Below are positions 40,432 to 49,984 of a DNA stretch of 64,000 nt, in pieces. This DNA comes from Pseudomonadota bacterium (GTDB lineage Bacteria; Desulfobacterota; Desulfobulbia; Desulfobulbales; SURF-16), in assembly GCA_018816555.1 (NCBI GenBank), contig JAHIVT010000091.1, positions 1,478 to 65,477 on the forward strand. The letters run 5' to 3'. Each line of letters opens with the position of its first letter. Positions within the stretch are counted from its first letter, which is position 1. The position numbers were made by a program, and so were the translations under genes. The notes below the pieces were generated by a model. That model worked only from the letters and a program-made list of their open reading frames with translations, made no database searches and had not been told where the DNA came from.

Positions 40432-41281
40432 AAAATCCTCCTTTTTAATTAAAGTTAAAATTTGGTTCACTCTATATGGTGTTTACCTCCTTAACAGGCT
40501 TTCGAAAAAGTCTGACATTTACTATTTTTTATGGAAAGGATACTAAGTGGATGGTCGTAACTGTCTGAATTTACGTAAAGCAGAAACTGAGAACTGGTCG
40601 TTTTTATTGCTGAAAATCGTTTTTCAACATCCTGTTAACAAAGTCAGTAGGCCGGTTGGCGCCGCGCGCAGCGGGCGCCACCTAATTATTATCTCGCGCA
40701 TGGTTTTTCCGCCGATTCCCTTCGCTGGTTATGGGCTGTTTGCGATAAAACGTAGGCGATTTTATCATTATCTCGCAAGCCAAGCTTGATAACGATAAAT
40801 ATTCAATATTAAACGTGAAATAATTTCCCGGTGACCATGCTGCCGCTAGGATTCCGTTTCCCCCTAAAAACAGAAAAGCCGAGCTACCTCAATATTCAAG
40901 GCAACCCGGCTAACTTGTTAAAGTTCCGTGGCTTTCTGTCCCCACTTCACAATGGGTTTAGCTTTATCTATTACTCCATCCTAACAGACCCATACAAAGT
41001 AATATTTGTTTTGTAAATAGGGTAATTTGTCGCACCTTTTGACAGTTAAAAATGGCAAGAGGTTCAGATTGGCAATCTTTATCTTGGAAAGAGCACGACA
41101 ACTTGAGATGTTTCCTGAATTTCTTAAGATTGCCGCAGAGTATACGTAACAAAAAAAATCCGGTGGGACCGATTCATGCCCTCCCATGGATAACACTCAC
41201 CAGAGACAACATATTTCCAAACTATACGTATTCCAGGCTAATATCGAATGAATGTTGCAAAATATTGCAACATCGAAGGGA

Positions 41282-42523
41282 TCACTTGCCTCGATGATCG
41301 GCAAAGGGTGTATACAGGGGATCGCCGATCAGCACCATCTTCCAGGAGAGGTGAGGCAGGCTGAAAAAATAGCTCTCCACCAGATTTTTTCCGCCCAGGA
41401 GAAAGGCAAAAAAGAGATCCGGCGGCGGAAAGGCGTTCACGTAAGGTTCCCCCACCGGGCCGATGGTGGCGGCCGCCCCTTTTTCCAGCATCCTCTTGCA
41501 CCAGACCTGGCTTCCTTCCTTTTTCAGCGTGCTGCATTCGCTGCTGGCGATATGATAGCCCACTGCCCCTTTCTGCCAACTGAAGGCGTCAATGTATTTG
41601 GCCAGGCTGTACCAGCCGCAGTAGAGTGCGGCATCGCGCGTAACGCCCGGTTGAAACAGGGCGCTTTGTTCATCAACAACCACATTACTCATCCTGCCAC
41701 TCTTTCTGACAACCTCTGCGGCACGATGAATGGCCCGGTCATACCAGGCGTAGCTGTTCACCTGCTTCAGGCCGGGATCCGGCCAACGGGCATCAAAAAA
41801 GGCATCGCCGCGCAAGCCCTCCTTTTCTGCTGACAGGGCATCAGTGATCATCTTTCGGACAAGCTCCGGGCTTGAGCCGTCAAGCCGACTCACCATGAGC
41901 ACATCCTCTTTAGCGAAGGGCAGAAATTCGTCATGCAGATCCCGATAATAGGGGTTCGGCAGCCAGTGGGCCAGGGGATGGGTCTGCAATACCAGGGTCA
42001 GTTCGGAATCCACCGCGGCCCGCATGTCATTTACTTTGGTGTAATAGGATATCTGATTTTTAATATCGCTGATCTTGCCGCTTAACGAATCAAGCATGGA
42101 TTCGTCTTTGCCGTGATCAAGCGACAGGGTGATTTCCTCTATATTTTTCGATAACTGGGCAATGGTTTCGCTTCCCTGGTCGGAAAGGGCCGGGGTGCTG
42201 ATTTTCAGCGGTACCCCGTACATGGTCACCAGACAGCGGATAGTATTTTGGGGGGAATGCTGGTTGAGAAAAGAGAGGACGGGCGCGGCTATGAGATTGT
42301 CATAATCGCTGCGTTGGCAATCTTCCGCCGGATTCATGTTGATGGTGATGAGATTTGCGGAGGGGATGCGGCGCTGGTCCATATAGAATCTGGCCAGGCT
42401 GATGCTCTCCGGCTCCTGTTTGTTGGCAATAACGGCTATTTCATCGGCGGTGAGGCCATAGCCAGGCATAGCTGTCAAGACGATGGCGCCCAGCAGCATG
42501 ATACAGGAGAGCAAGGTGGCCAA
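41282..42523 (-). CDS. Secreted hypothetical protein (resembles the TIGR03790 conserved hypothetical family)
   Basis: 413 aa with a signal peptide. N-terminal LTADEIAVIANKQEPESISLARFYMDQRRIP. The family assignment is from memory only. Confidence 0.55.
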   Translation of the reverse strand: MATLLSCIMLLGAIVLTAMPGYGLTADEIAVIANKQEPESISLARFYMDQRRIPSANLITINMNPAEDCQRSDYDNLIAAPVLSFLNQHSPQNTIRCLVTMYGVPLKISTPALSDQGSETIAQLSKNIEEITLSLDHGKDESMLDSLSGKISDIKNQISYYTKVNDMRAAVDSELTLVLQTHPLAHWLPNPYYRDLHDEFLPFAKEDVLMVSRLDGSSPELVRKMITDALSAEKEGLRGDAFFDARWPDPGLKQVNSYAWYDRAIHRAAEVVRKSGRMSNVVVDEQSALFQPGVTRDAALYCGWYSLAKYIDAFSWQKGAVGYHIASSECSTLKKEGSQVWCKRMLEKGAAATIGPVGEPYVNAFPPPDLFFAFLLGGKNLVESYFFSLPHLSWKMVLIGDPLYTPFADHRGK

Positions 42524-42528
42524 GGATG

Positions 42529-43845
42529 CTACCTCCTGGCGGCGAGAACGATATCGATTATGCTATCAAGGAAAAGGTAACGGCCAATGACAAAAAAGAT
42601 GATTGCCAGAAACGCTGCGGCCGGCACGGTAATCAGCCATGATGCGAAGATCTTTTTGGCCACCGACTTGTTGATGCCGCCATGTCCGCGGGCCAGGCCG
42701 ATGCCCATGATGGCTCCCACCAGGGTGTGGGTAGTGGAAACAGGCAGGCTGAGCCGGCTGCAGATGAGCACGGTGACGGAGGCGGCAATATCGGCCGCCA
42801 CGCCGCGGGATGGGGTGATCTCGGTAATTTTGGTGCCCACCGTGGCCATGACCTTGTAGCCGAAGGTGGCGAGACCGAAGACAATACCTGCGCCTCCCAT
42901 GAAAAGTATGGGAAGGGGCACGCCGACCTTCATCTGCACGGTGCCGTGTTTGATGATATCGACGATGGCGGCAAAAGGACCTATGGCGTTGGCCACATCA
43001 TTTGCCCCATGGGCAAAGGCCACGGAACAGGAGCTGACAATGACCAGCGGCACAAAGATCTTTTCCACCTCTTCAAGCTGTTTGGCAATGGACAGGGTTT
43101 CCTTGCCCCGCAGGTGGCGGCTGATCCATATTTTTGCGATAACGGAGCAAATCAGGCCGAGGACCACGGAGATGATGATGGAGGTGGTACCGGTGAGCCA
43201 GGTTAAACCGCTGATGATATGATTGAGGCCCTTGTAAATGGTGGCCAGGGTATTGACAAAGACTACAAAAAACACAATGGGAGGGGCATATGTTTTTGCC
43301 GCCTCAGCCGGTTTTTCCCGTCCTAGGATGAAGGTGCTGATAAATTTAAAGAGACTAAAGGCCAATATGCCGCCAACCAGCGGAGAAATAAACCAGCTGG
43401 CCACGATCTGGCCCATCTTGTGCCAGTTGACGGAGTTCCAGCCGGCGGCAACAACACCGAAACCCGCTACAGCGCCGACAATGGCATGGGTAGTGGAAAC
43501 GGGCATGCCCACCCAGGTGGCGAAGTGCAGCCAGAAGGCGGCGCAGAGCAGGGCTGCGGTCATGCCGATAATGAGCAGGGCGGCGGCTTCACCCTCACGC
43601 AAAGCCGGCAGGGCTGCTAACATGTTCGGGTCGACTATTCCCTTACGGATGGTTTCCGTTACACTGGAACCGACCAGCACCGCTCCGGAAAACTCGCAGA
43701 TGCCTGCCAGGATAATCGCCTTTTTGATGGACAGGGATTGCGAGCCCACGGCGCTGGCCATGGAGTTGGCCACATCGTTGGCACCAATCGTCCAGGCCAT
43801 GTAAAAACCGATGAGACCCGTGAAGATGATAATGACAACATCCAT
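42529..43845 (-). CDS. Inorganic phosphate transporter, PiT (PHO4) family
   Basis: 438 aa, multi-TM, with the duplicated GANDVAN signature (GANDVANSM and GANDVANAI). Confidence 0.92.
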   Translation of the reverse strand: MDVVIIIFTGLIGFYMAWTIGANDVANSMASAVGSQSLSIKKAIILAGICEFSGAVLVGSSVTETIRKGIVDPNMLAALPALREGEAAALLIIGMTAALLCAAFWLHFATWVGMPVSTTHAIVGAVAGFGVVAAGWNSVNWHKMGQIVASWFISPLVGGILAFSLFKFISTFILGREKPAEAAKTYAPPIVFFVVFVNTLATIYKGLNHIISGLTWLTGTTSIIISVVLGLICSVIAKIWISRHLRGKETLSIAKQLEEVEKIFVPLVIVSSCSVAFAHGANDVANAIGPFAAIVDIIKHGTVQMKVGVPLPILFMGGAGIVFGLATFGYKVMATVGTKITEITPSRGVAADIAASVTVLICSRLSLPVSTTHTLVGAIMGIGLARGHGGINKSVAKKIFASWLITVPAAAFLAIIFFVIGRYLFLDSIIDIVLAARR

Positions 43846-43909
43846 GCTTCTTAAACCCTTATTATATGAGAAAACCCGTTAAATGGGTCGGTGGAAAAGG
43901 AACTGCCTG

Positions 43910-44581
43910 TTATTTAACAATCATTGCCCGTAAAAAGTCGCCCGCGTTTTCGGCTTCATTGGCAATGGCGCCGATCTTCAGCAACATTTTTTCGTAGAAG
44001 ATGATATCAATGGTGCCGATCTTGCCTTCCAGTTTATAAATATCGATGCTTAACGAGCGGGCCAGTTTGTCGGCCTTCCACTCCTCTTCACCAAGACCTT
44101 TGATGAGGGAGAGAACCTGACGGGCCTCGGCGCCGCCGAAGGAGGCTTCGGCCAGGTTTTTGATTTCAACGGCAGCGGTGAGGAGACTGCCGCTTACCTG
44201 AAACATCTGGTCAACCAGATCAAAAAATTTATCCTGTACATGGGGATGCAGTTTGGTCTGGCGGATGCGGAGAATAATGGCAAAGTCCTGGGCGTAGTCA
44301 GCCATTTTTTCCTGACATTCGAGAAAACCGTCCAGTTCCTCACGGTCCACCGGCAGGAAAAAACGGCGGGGGAGATCCTCCCGGATCTGGTGTTTGATAA
44401 GGTCAGCCTCGTATTCGAGCTTGGAGACCTTATTTTGCAGTTCATGGATGAGCTCATAGTTTTCATAGATCAGGGCCTCCATGAGCGGCTTGATCATTTC
44501 CAGGCACTCATGGACCTTTTTTGCATGCTCGACAATTGGGCCGAAGGGGGATTTTTTGAAGAGATTTGTGATGATTGCCAT
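43910..44581 (-). CDS. DUF47/TIGR00153 (PhoU-like) PiT accessory protein
   Basis: 223-aa helical protein directly upstream of the PiT gene in the same orientation, which is the canonical pairing. Confidence 0.82.
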   Translation of the reverse strand: MAIITNLFKKSPFGPIVEHAKKVHECLEMIKPLMEALIYENYELIHELQNKVSKLEYEADLIKHQIREDLPRRFFLPVDREELDGFLECQEKMADYAQDFAIILRIRQTKLHPHVQDKFFDLVDQMFQVSGSLLTAAVEIKNLAEASFGGAEARQVLSLIKGLGEEEWKADKLARSLSIDIYKLEGKIGTIDIIFYEKMLLKIGAIANEAENAGDFLRAMIVK

Positions 44582-44707
44582 GGTTGTATCTCCTAACGAT
44601 TATCGAAAAATCTATCAATTTGATAAAAAAAAGAACAAAAATAATGTATTATGCGGGCTTAGTGCAGGAATTGCAGATGCTAATTTTTAAGTTGCGGACA
44701 ACCTATC

Positions 44708-46006
44708 ATGAAATACTTAAAAAATCCAAAAAATCAAACAGATTTCTCTCTCCCTGTTTATGGCGGCTTTCTTCAGATCAATGTGCTGTCTGGGGCGCCG
44801 GATAAAAATCTGGCCAGGGTGCAGGAGCTTCTCGCCAGGCTTGCCCCTCCGCCAGGAGCGATTGTGGTGCTGCCGGAACTCTGGTCAGCCGGTTTTTTTT
44901 ATGAAGAGCTTGCCGCCCAGGCGGCGGTGACCGGCGACATGCTTGCTGCTCTGGCAGAGCTTGCCGCCCGTTATCAGATATGCCTGGCCGGGTCGCTGCC
45001 GGAGAAAAGGGTTGCCCAGGACAGGGTGAGTTACTGCAACACGCTGTATTTCACCGGGCCTGATGGCGTGCTGGGCACCTATCGCAAGCAGCAGCTCTTT
45101 GCCCCCATTGAGGAAGACCGCCATTTTCAGCCGGGTGACACTCCACTGCCGGTTCGGACCCCTTGGGGCCTCCTGGGCGGGCTGGTATGTTTTGATCTGC
45201 GTTTTCCGGAACTTGCCAGGGGCCAGCTGGCCCAGGGCGCTAAGGTGCTGGTGGTGAGCGCCCAATGGCCTGCGGTAAGAAAAGAACACTGGCGCATTCT
45301 GCTTCAGGCCAGGGCCATAGAAAACCAGGCCTTTGTCATTGCCTGCAACCGTTGCGGCACAACCGGCGACACGCTTTTTGCCGGCCATTCCATGGTCGTT
45401 GCCCCGGATGGGGTGGTCCTGGCCGAGGCGGGGGAGGGAGAGGAGTGCGGCGGTGCAGGGCTTGACCGGTCACTTATAACTGATGTCAGATCCGCATTTC
45501 AGACCGCAGGCAGAACCCCTTACCGTTTTCAGGATCAGGACAAAATTTGCGAACAGCACAGGCTGCCGGAGAAAATTGCCTGTTATCGGGAGGCGGGCGG
45601 AAAAATGGTTTTTACCAACGGCTGCTTTGATATTCTGCACGAAGGCCACGTCACCTATCTGGAAGCGGCCCGGCGGGAAGGGGACTATCTGGTGGTCGGT
45701 TTAAACAGTGATGAATCGATCCGGGCCATCAAGGGGCCTGACCGGCCGGTGAACAGTGAAACGAGCAGAGCCCGTCTGCTTGCCGCCCTGGGTTGCGTTG
45801 ACCATGTGGTTCTGTTCGGCGAGGAAACCCCCCACCGGCTCATTACCGCCCTTATGCCCGATGTGCTGATCAAAGGAGCGGACTGGCCGGTGGAGCAGAT
45901 TGTCGGGGCAAAAGAGGTGCTGGCAGCCGGCGGGGAGGTGAAAACCATTGAGCTGGTCGGCGATTTTTCCACCACCGGCCTGATCAAGAAAATCAGAAAG
46001 CTGTAG
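44708..46006 (+). CDS. Fusion protein: carbon-nitrogen hydrolase (nitrilase superfamily) + D-beta-D-heptose-1-phosphate adenylyltransferase (RfaE domain II-like)
   Basis: The N-terminal region carries the E-K-C triad context (VVLPELW, YRKQQLF, VCFDLRFPE). The C-terminal region carries the cytidylyltransferase motif FTNGCFDILHEGHVTYL and GLNSD.S. Confidence 0.8.
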   Translation: MKYLKNPKNQTDFSLPVYGGFLQINVLSGAPDKNLARVQELLARLAPPPGAIVVLPELWSAGFFYEELAAQAAVTGDMLAALAELAARYQICLAGSLPEKRVAQDRVSYCNTLYFTGPDGVLGTYRKQQLFAPIEEDRHFQPGDTPLPVRTPWGLLGGLVCFDLRFPELARGQLAQGAKVLVVSAQWPAVRKEHWRILLQARAIENQAFVIACNRCGTTGDTLFAGHSMVVAPDGVVLAEAGEGEECGGAGLDRSLITDVRSAFQTAGRTPYRFQDQDKICEQHRLPEKIACYREAGGKMVFTNGCFDILHEGHVTYLEAARREGDYLVVGLNSDESIRAIKGPDRPVNSETSRARLLAALGCVDHVVLFGEETPHRLITALMPDVLIKGADWPVEQIVGAKEVLAAGGEVKTIELVGDFSTTGLIKKIRKL

Positions 46007-46172
46007 CTGGGGTGTTAGATCAATCCCTTCTGCCTCAAAATTCTGGTGATGTCAGGAATTCTGAGGTTGATAATTATTTTTTCTTTGCAAAACAAAATTA
46101 TCGATGTATGCTTACAATTCGATGAACTAAAAAAAGAGCAAAGAAAATGATGATAAATGAGGAGGGACAAGT

Positions 46173-46832
46173 ATGAAGAAGAAATTAGCAGTGTTGGCCG
46201 TGGGTGTAGCCATCAGCCTATTCGCCGCCCAGGCGGCAACTGCCGCGGTGGTCACTATCGATTCATTTACAACCTCCAACGATCTTTTTGGGTTGTCATA
46301 CAGTGAGTATAACTCCGGGACCACCACTTTCTATCTGGATGTAAGCGCCTTTGTGGCCGAGGCCCAGTCCATAACGGGAACCCCTTCTCTGGACAGAAAG
46401 TTTGATACCATTTCTTTCAAACTTCTGGCCGCCCCGAATGAACGCATAACAAAAATCAGCTATGCGGAGGCTCTCGAAACCAGTGTCTCGTACACCGATG
46501 GTATTGCTTTTACCGCATCCACCGGATCCGCTGTGATAAACAATATCAGCAACGGGCTAGGAGAATATATTTACATGTCAACGGGAACTTCGGCTTCCTT
46601 TTCGATGTCGACCAGCTACGATGTTCCCGGTATGGAGAACGAGGTGGATGTAAGTATCACCAATGATATCCTGGCCTTCGCCTTTGGCGACAATGCCAAT
46701 GCCAGGGTGCAGAAACAGTACGCCATGATGGAAGTGAAATCTTCTGCCGTTCCCATCCCTGCCACCCTGTGGCTCTTCGGCAGCGCCATCACCGGGCTTG
46801 CTGCCTTGAGACGTAAAGGTCAGCAAGCCTGA
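46173..46832 (+). CDS. PEP-CTERM sorting-domain secreted protein
   Basis: Signal peptide. The C-terminal VPIPATLWLFGSAITGLAALRRKG is a PEP-CTERM-type anchor. Confidence 0.8.
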   Translation: MKKKLAVLAVGVAISLFAAQAATAAVVTIDSFTTSNDLFGLSYSEYNSGTTTFYLDVSAFVAEAQSITGTPSLDRKFDTISFKLLAAPNERITKISYAEALETSVSYTDGIAFTASTGSAVINNISNGLGEYIYMSTGTSASFSMSTSYDVPGMENEVDVSITNDILAFAFGDNANARVQKQYAMMEVKSSAVPIPATLWLFGSAITGLAALRRKGQQA

Positions 46833-46856
46833 GCAGACACCTTCGCACTTTGAAAT

Positions 46857-46890
46857 AAAAAAACCACGCCTTTAAAGGCGTGGTTTTTTT
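46857..46890. terminator. Bidirectional Rho-independent terminator within a 52-nt perfect palindrome (46848-46899)
   Basis: A7-CCACGCC-TTTAAA-GGCGTGG-T7, located between convergent genes. Confidence 0.85.
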
Positions 46891-46912
46891 ATTTCAAAGT
46901 AGGGAAAAGGGG

Positions 46913-47416
46913 TCACCCATTATCCTCGCAGCAAAGATCCTGCCAGCCCTCGGCCAGGTCTTCGCTGCAGAGGCCCAGTTCTCGGGCAAACTCACCCAGG
47001 GTCTGCCCGCTGCAGTTGATGCAGGAACTCTCACCATACCGCACAGCACTGATCTCCTGCTCCAGGAAAGCCACCAGGGCTGCGGCAACCTTGCTGCGCA
47101 CATGGTCGATAGCCAGATTTTCCGCCTCGGCAAAAAGCTTCATGCGCTGCCAGTTGATGGCGCTTCTTTTCATTCCGCGATAGATGCTTTTTTTTCTGTT
47201 CTCCGGCTGCAGGTCACGGAGAATGATGGTCTGATAGCGGTTGATGACCGCCTTTTTCAGGGGGAGGTGGTCTTGTTGTTCCAGGAAAAGGCCCGGTCCC
47301 TCCGGGTCTCTGCACAAAAAGTACAGGGAGCCGTGCATGGCCACCTCCGGCATCTCGCCGCCGGCATCCTCAATAATGAAAACCTCATCCTCCAGATACA
47401 TTTCCTTGCTGCTCAT
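46913..47416 (-). CDS. Hypothetical protein
   Basis: 167-aa ORF with natural composition, ending just after the bidirectional terminator. Preferred over the overlapping plus-strand 235-aa ORF, which looks like an antisense artefact. Confidence 0.5.
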   Translation of the reverse strand: MSSKEMYLEDEVFIIEDAGGEMPEVAMHGSLYFLCRDPEGPGLFLEQQDHLPLKKAVINRYQTIILRDLQPENRKKSIYRGMKRSAINWQRMKLFAEAENLAIDHVRSKVAAALVAFLEQEISAVRYGESSCINCSGQTLGEFARELGLCSEDLAEGWQDLCCEDNG

Positions 47417-47820
47417 CGGTCATTCTTTGGCGTAAAAAGTCACTTTGAATTCATGCACGCACTGTGCGGGCAGCTTACATGTCTGGTGGGCTGTATAGCA
47501 TGTAACCGTTGTCTGATCCAGGGCTTATTCTCTTTTTTTTCAGGCGCCGGGGAGAATCGTTCAACAGCCGGTAAAATAAAAGGGTAATGTTTCCGGCGAC
47601 ATGTTGAGTCCCTGTTTATTGGCATTTTCGTTAACATTTTACAAACGATGATGCCCTGTTCATTTTTTATTAAAGGTACTGGCTGGTTATACCGATGTTT
47701 GATTTTACAGGAAAAGAAAAGCGCCGTCCAGGAATGATTCTCAGATACTGATTATCATTGAGCGGACAGGAGTGTGTTTTCTGTTTTCCCATCCGGACAA
47801 CAATTGATAAGGATAACCAT

Positions 47821-48489
47821 ATGTCTCAGGTAAAATCACTGCTGCTGTTTTCTGTTTTTTCCCTGTTTGTTTTTTGTGGGCAGGCAAAGTCATTTCAGTC
47901 TAACGAGGCGGGGATGACACCGGCCTACCTTGAACCGGAAAGATTCCGCGTCTCAGTCGATGCCGAGAAAGGCGAGGCGTATGAGCTGAGGCACAAGATT
48001 CAGTGCATGGCGGAAGACCTGGTCATGACCCTTGAGGACCCGGATCCCCTGAACGGTACCCTGGCTGACGGACTCGTGGTCACCACCTTTGTCGATATCA
48101 ACAATCTCTACAGAACATCATCATTCGGCCGCTATGTGGCCGGACAGCTGATGAATGAAATGCAGCGTTATTCCTATCAGGTCATTGAGATGCGGAAGAA
48201 TCTCAGTGTGGTGGTGCAGGAGAAAAGAGGCGAATTCGGCCTGTCCCGCAACCCGGAGGAGATCCCTTCTTCCCATGAGGCCGGCGCCATGCTCACCGGC
48301 ACTTATCTGGTGGGGGAGAGGGAAATTATCGTCAACGCCAGCATTGTTGATAACCGGAGGGGCGAATTGCTGTCCAGCGCTACGGTTATTTTCCCGCGCA
48401 ATTCCCTGGGCAGCCTGATGCTGCAGGACACCGCTGCTGCCAAAAAGCAATCGGCCGGGGTGATTTACATGAAAAAACTTGAAATGTGA
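47821..48489 (+). CDS. FlgO-like outer-membrane/lipoprotein family protein
   Basis: Start moved to ATG 47821, preceded by AAGGA. Has a signal peptide. Core pattern VVTTFVDINNL..TSSFGRY...QL...M....Y.VIEMR...GEFGLSR...TGTY......I.VNASIVD matches the FlgO family. Confidence 0.65.
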   Translation: MSQVKSLLLFSVFSLFVFCGQAKSFQSNEAGMTPAYLEPERFRVSVDAEKGEAYELRHKIQCMAEDLVMTLEDPDPLNGTLADGLVVTTFVDINNLYRTSSFGRYVAGQLMNEMQRYSYQVIEMRKNLSVVVQEKRGEFGLSRNPEEIPSSHEAGAMLTGTYLVGEREIIVNASIVDNRRGELLSSATVIFPRNSLGSLMLQDTAAAKKQSAGVIYMKKLEM

Positions 48490-48547
48490 TATGAAAACCT
48501 ATGTACTTTAAAATGTACAGTTTGCATTTATACAAAGGGGGAAACAG

Positions 48548-49399
48548 ATGAAGGCAATCAAGATAAAAGTGGCGGTGTGCGCGGCTCTGGTGGCGTTTAT
48601 GAACTTTGCAACTGCCGGCTGCGCCCCTGCCGGTGACATGGCCGGCCAGCAGGAGACGGCAATGGCCCCCCAGCCCAGTGCCACGGTTACGGAAGGCCAG
48701 ATAGTAATGCCTGCCCAGCCGACTTCGACCTTGCCGGAAAGCCAACCGGCGATGACCGAAAGCAAAGCTGCCTTCCCCAACGCCTATCTCAAGATTGATG
48801 AAAATACCCAGGGCATGCCGGAAACCAGTAAGATGCCCACAAATCCCGAACCCCGCTACCGGATTTATCAATACATGCCGGAAAGCTCCCGTTCCCAGGC
48901 AACGGAAAGCCAGCTCTCCGATATTTCCAAAGAAGTGGCCGGCAAGGTCTATTACGAGCTGAAAGAGGACGGAGAAAAGAACTATTCCGCCCGGGTTGCT
49001 GTTGTTGCAGCCGTCCCTTTGTCTGATCTCAAGCGCGATACGGAGTTCGGCCGGGTAATGGCCGAGTATCTGCTGACCGACCTGGCTGACCGGGGGCTCA
49101 AGGTGACTGAACTGCGCCTGGGCAAGGAGATCAACATTATTGCCCAGACCGGTGAATTTATTTTGACCCAGAATATCGGTGAACTCGCCAATATTGCTCC
49201 CGAGCTTGATTATGTGGTGGTGTCGACCTTCAGCAATACCCGAAAAACCTTGATCATCCAGGGAAGAATGGTGAGCCTGCAGGATGGGCTGGTAAAATCA
49301 TCCTGGCGCTATACCATGCCTTTAACCAGGGATCTGCTTGCCTTTTTTCAGGCAGGAGATCAGCCATTGACCATTGCTGTCAGGGGAATAAACAACTAA
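48548..49399 (+). CDS. Lipoprotein with FlgO-like C-terminal domain
   Basis: Lipobox ATAGC. The C-terminal VAVVAAVPLSDL...EFGRV.AEYL.TDLADRGLKVTELR...GEFILT...VVVSTFS......IQGRMVS is paralogous to the preceding gene. Confidence 0.65.
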   Translation: MKAIKIKVAVCAALVAFMNFATAGCAPAGDMAGQQETAMAPQPSATVTEGQIVMPAQPTSTLPESQPAMTESKAAFPNAYLKIDENTQGMPETSKMPTNPEPRYRIYQYMPESSRSQATESQLSDISKEVAGKVYYELKEDGEKNYSARVAVVAAVPLSDLKRDTEFGRVMAEYLLTDLADRGLKVTELRLGKEINIIAQTGEFILTQNIGELANIAPELDYVVVSTFSNTRKTLIIQGRMVSLQDGLVKSSWRYTMPLTRDLLAFFQAGDQPLTIAVRGINN

Positions 49400-49415
49400 C
49401 TGCCGGGCCGGGAGT

Positions 49416-49970
49416 ATGATCAATATGAAGACATTGCACAAAAAACTGTTGGGATTTGCTGCAGCACTGCTGTCCTTGCCTTTGCTGTCTCCGCCTCTTG
49501 TTCCATCGCTGTGGGCCATGGATGAAGCAGCTGGGGACATTATTGTCCGGGACGATTATGCAAAACGGATCAGCTACCATCGCTATTCCAATCTGGCTGA
49601 ACTTGTTACCCTGATATGTGATGATGCCAGCGGGGTTTTCCAGGGTTTTTACGGGGCGGAAGCGGTGGAGGTGTCACCGTTTGCCGTGGTCAGCGATTAC
49701 AAGGTCCATAAAATGACCATGATCGGCATCACCCTGGCGGATCAGATGGCCGCCATGATCAACCGTGAACCGGGGGCAACCTACCTGGCAGAAAATAAAT
49801 ACACCCAGAAAATGGAAGGTGTCATCGAGGAGATGGATGGTTATCTGCGGGTTCATATTAGCGGCAGAAATCTTCGCGGTGAGGGGCGGTCCTATGTGGT
49901 GAATGTGGAGATGTCTGAACCTATCTACAGGTTTTTACATTCGTATGTTGAAAGTTATAAAAATAACTGA
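49416..49970 (+). CDS. Secreted hypothetical protein (divergent FlgO-like)
   Basis: 184 aa with a signal peptide. Weak resemblance to the two preceding genes (VSPFAVVSDY...IGITLADQMAAMI). Confidence 0.5.
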   Translation: MINMKTLHKKLLGFAAALLSLPLLSPPLVPSLWAMDEAAGDIIVRDDYAKRISYHRYSNLAELVTLICDDASGVFQGFYGAEAVEVSPFAVVSDYKVHKMTMIGITLADQMAAMINREPGATYLAENKYTQKMEGVIEEMDGYLRVHISGRNLRGEGRSYVVNVEMSEPIYRFLHSYVESYKNN

Positions 49971-49984
49971 CAAAGGGTCTGGCC

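Noticed and set aside
46880-47587. 235-aa plus-strand ORF
   Set aside because: It overlaps the 167-aa minus-strand ORF and begins inside the terminator palindrome. Its composition looks antisense-like, so the minus-strand ORF is preferred, though neither has homology support.
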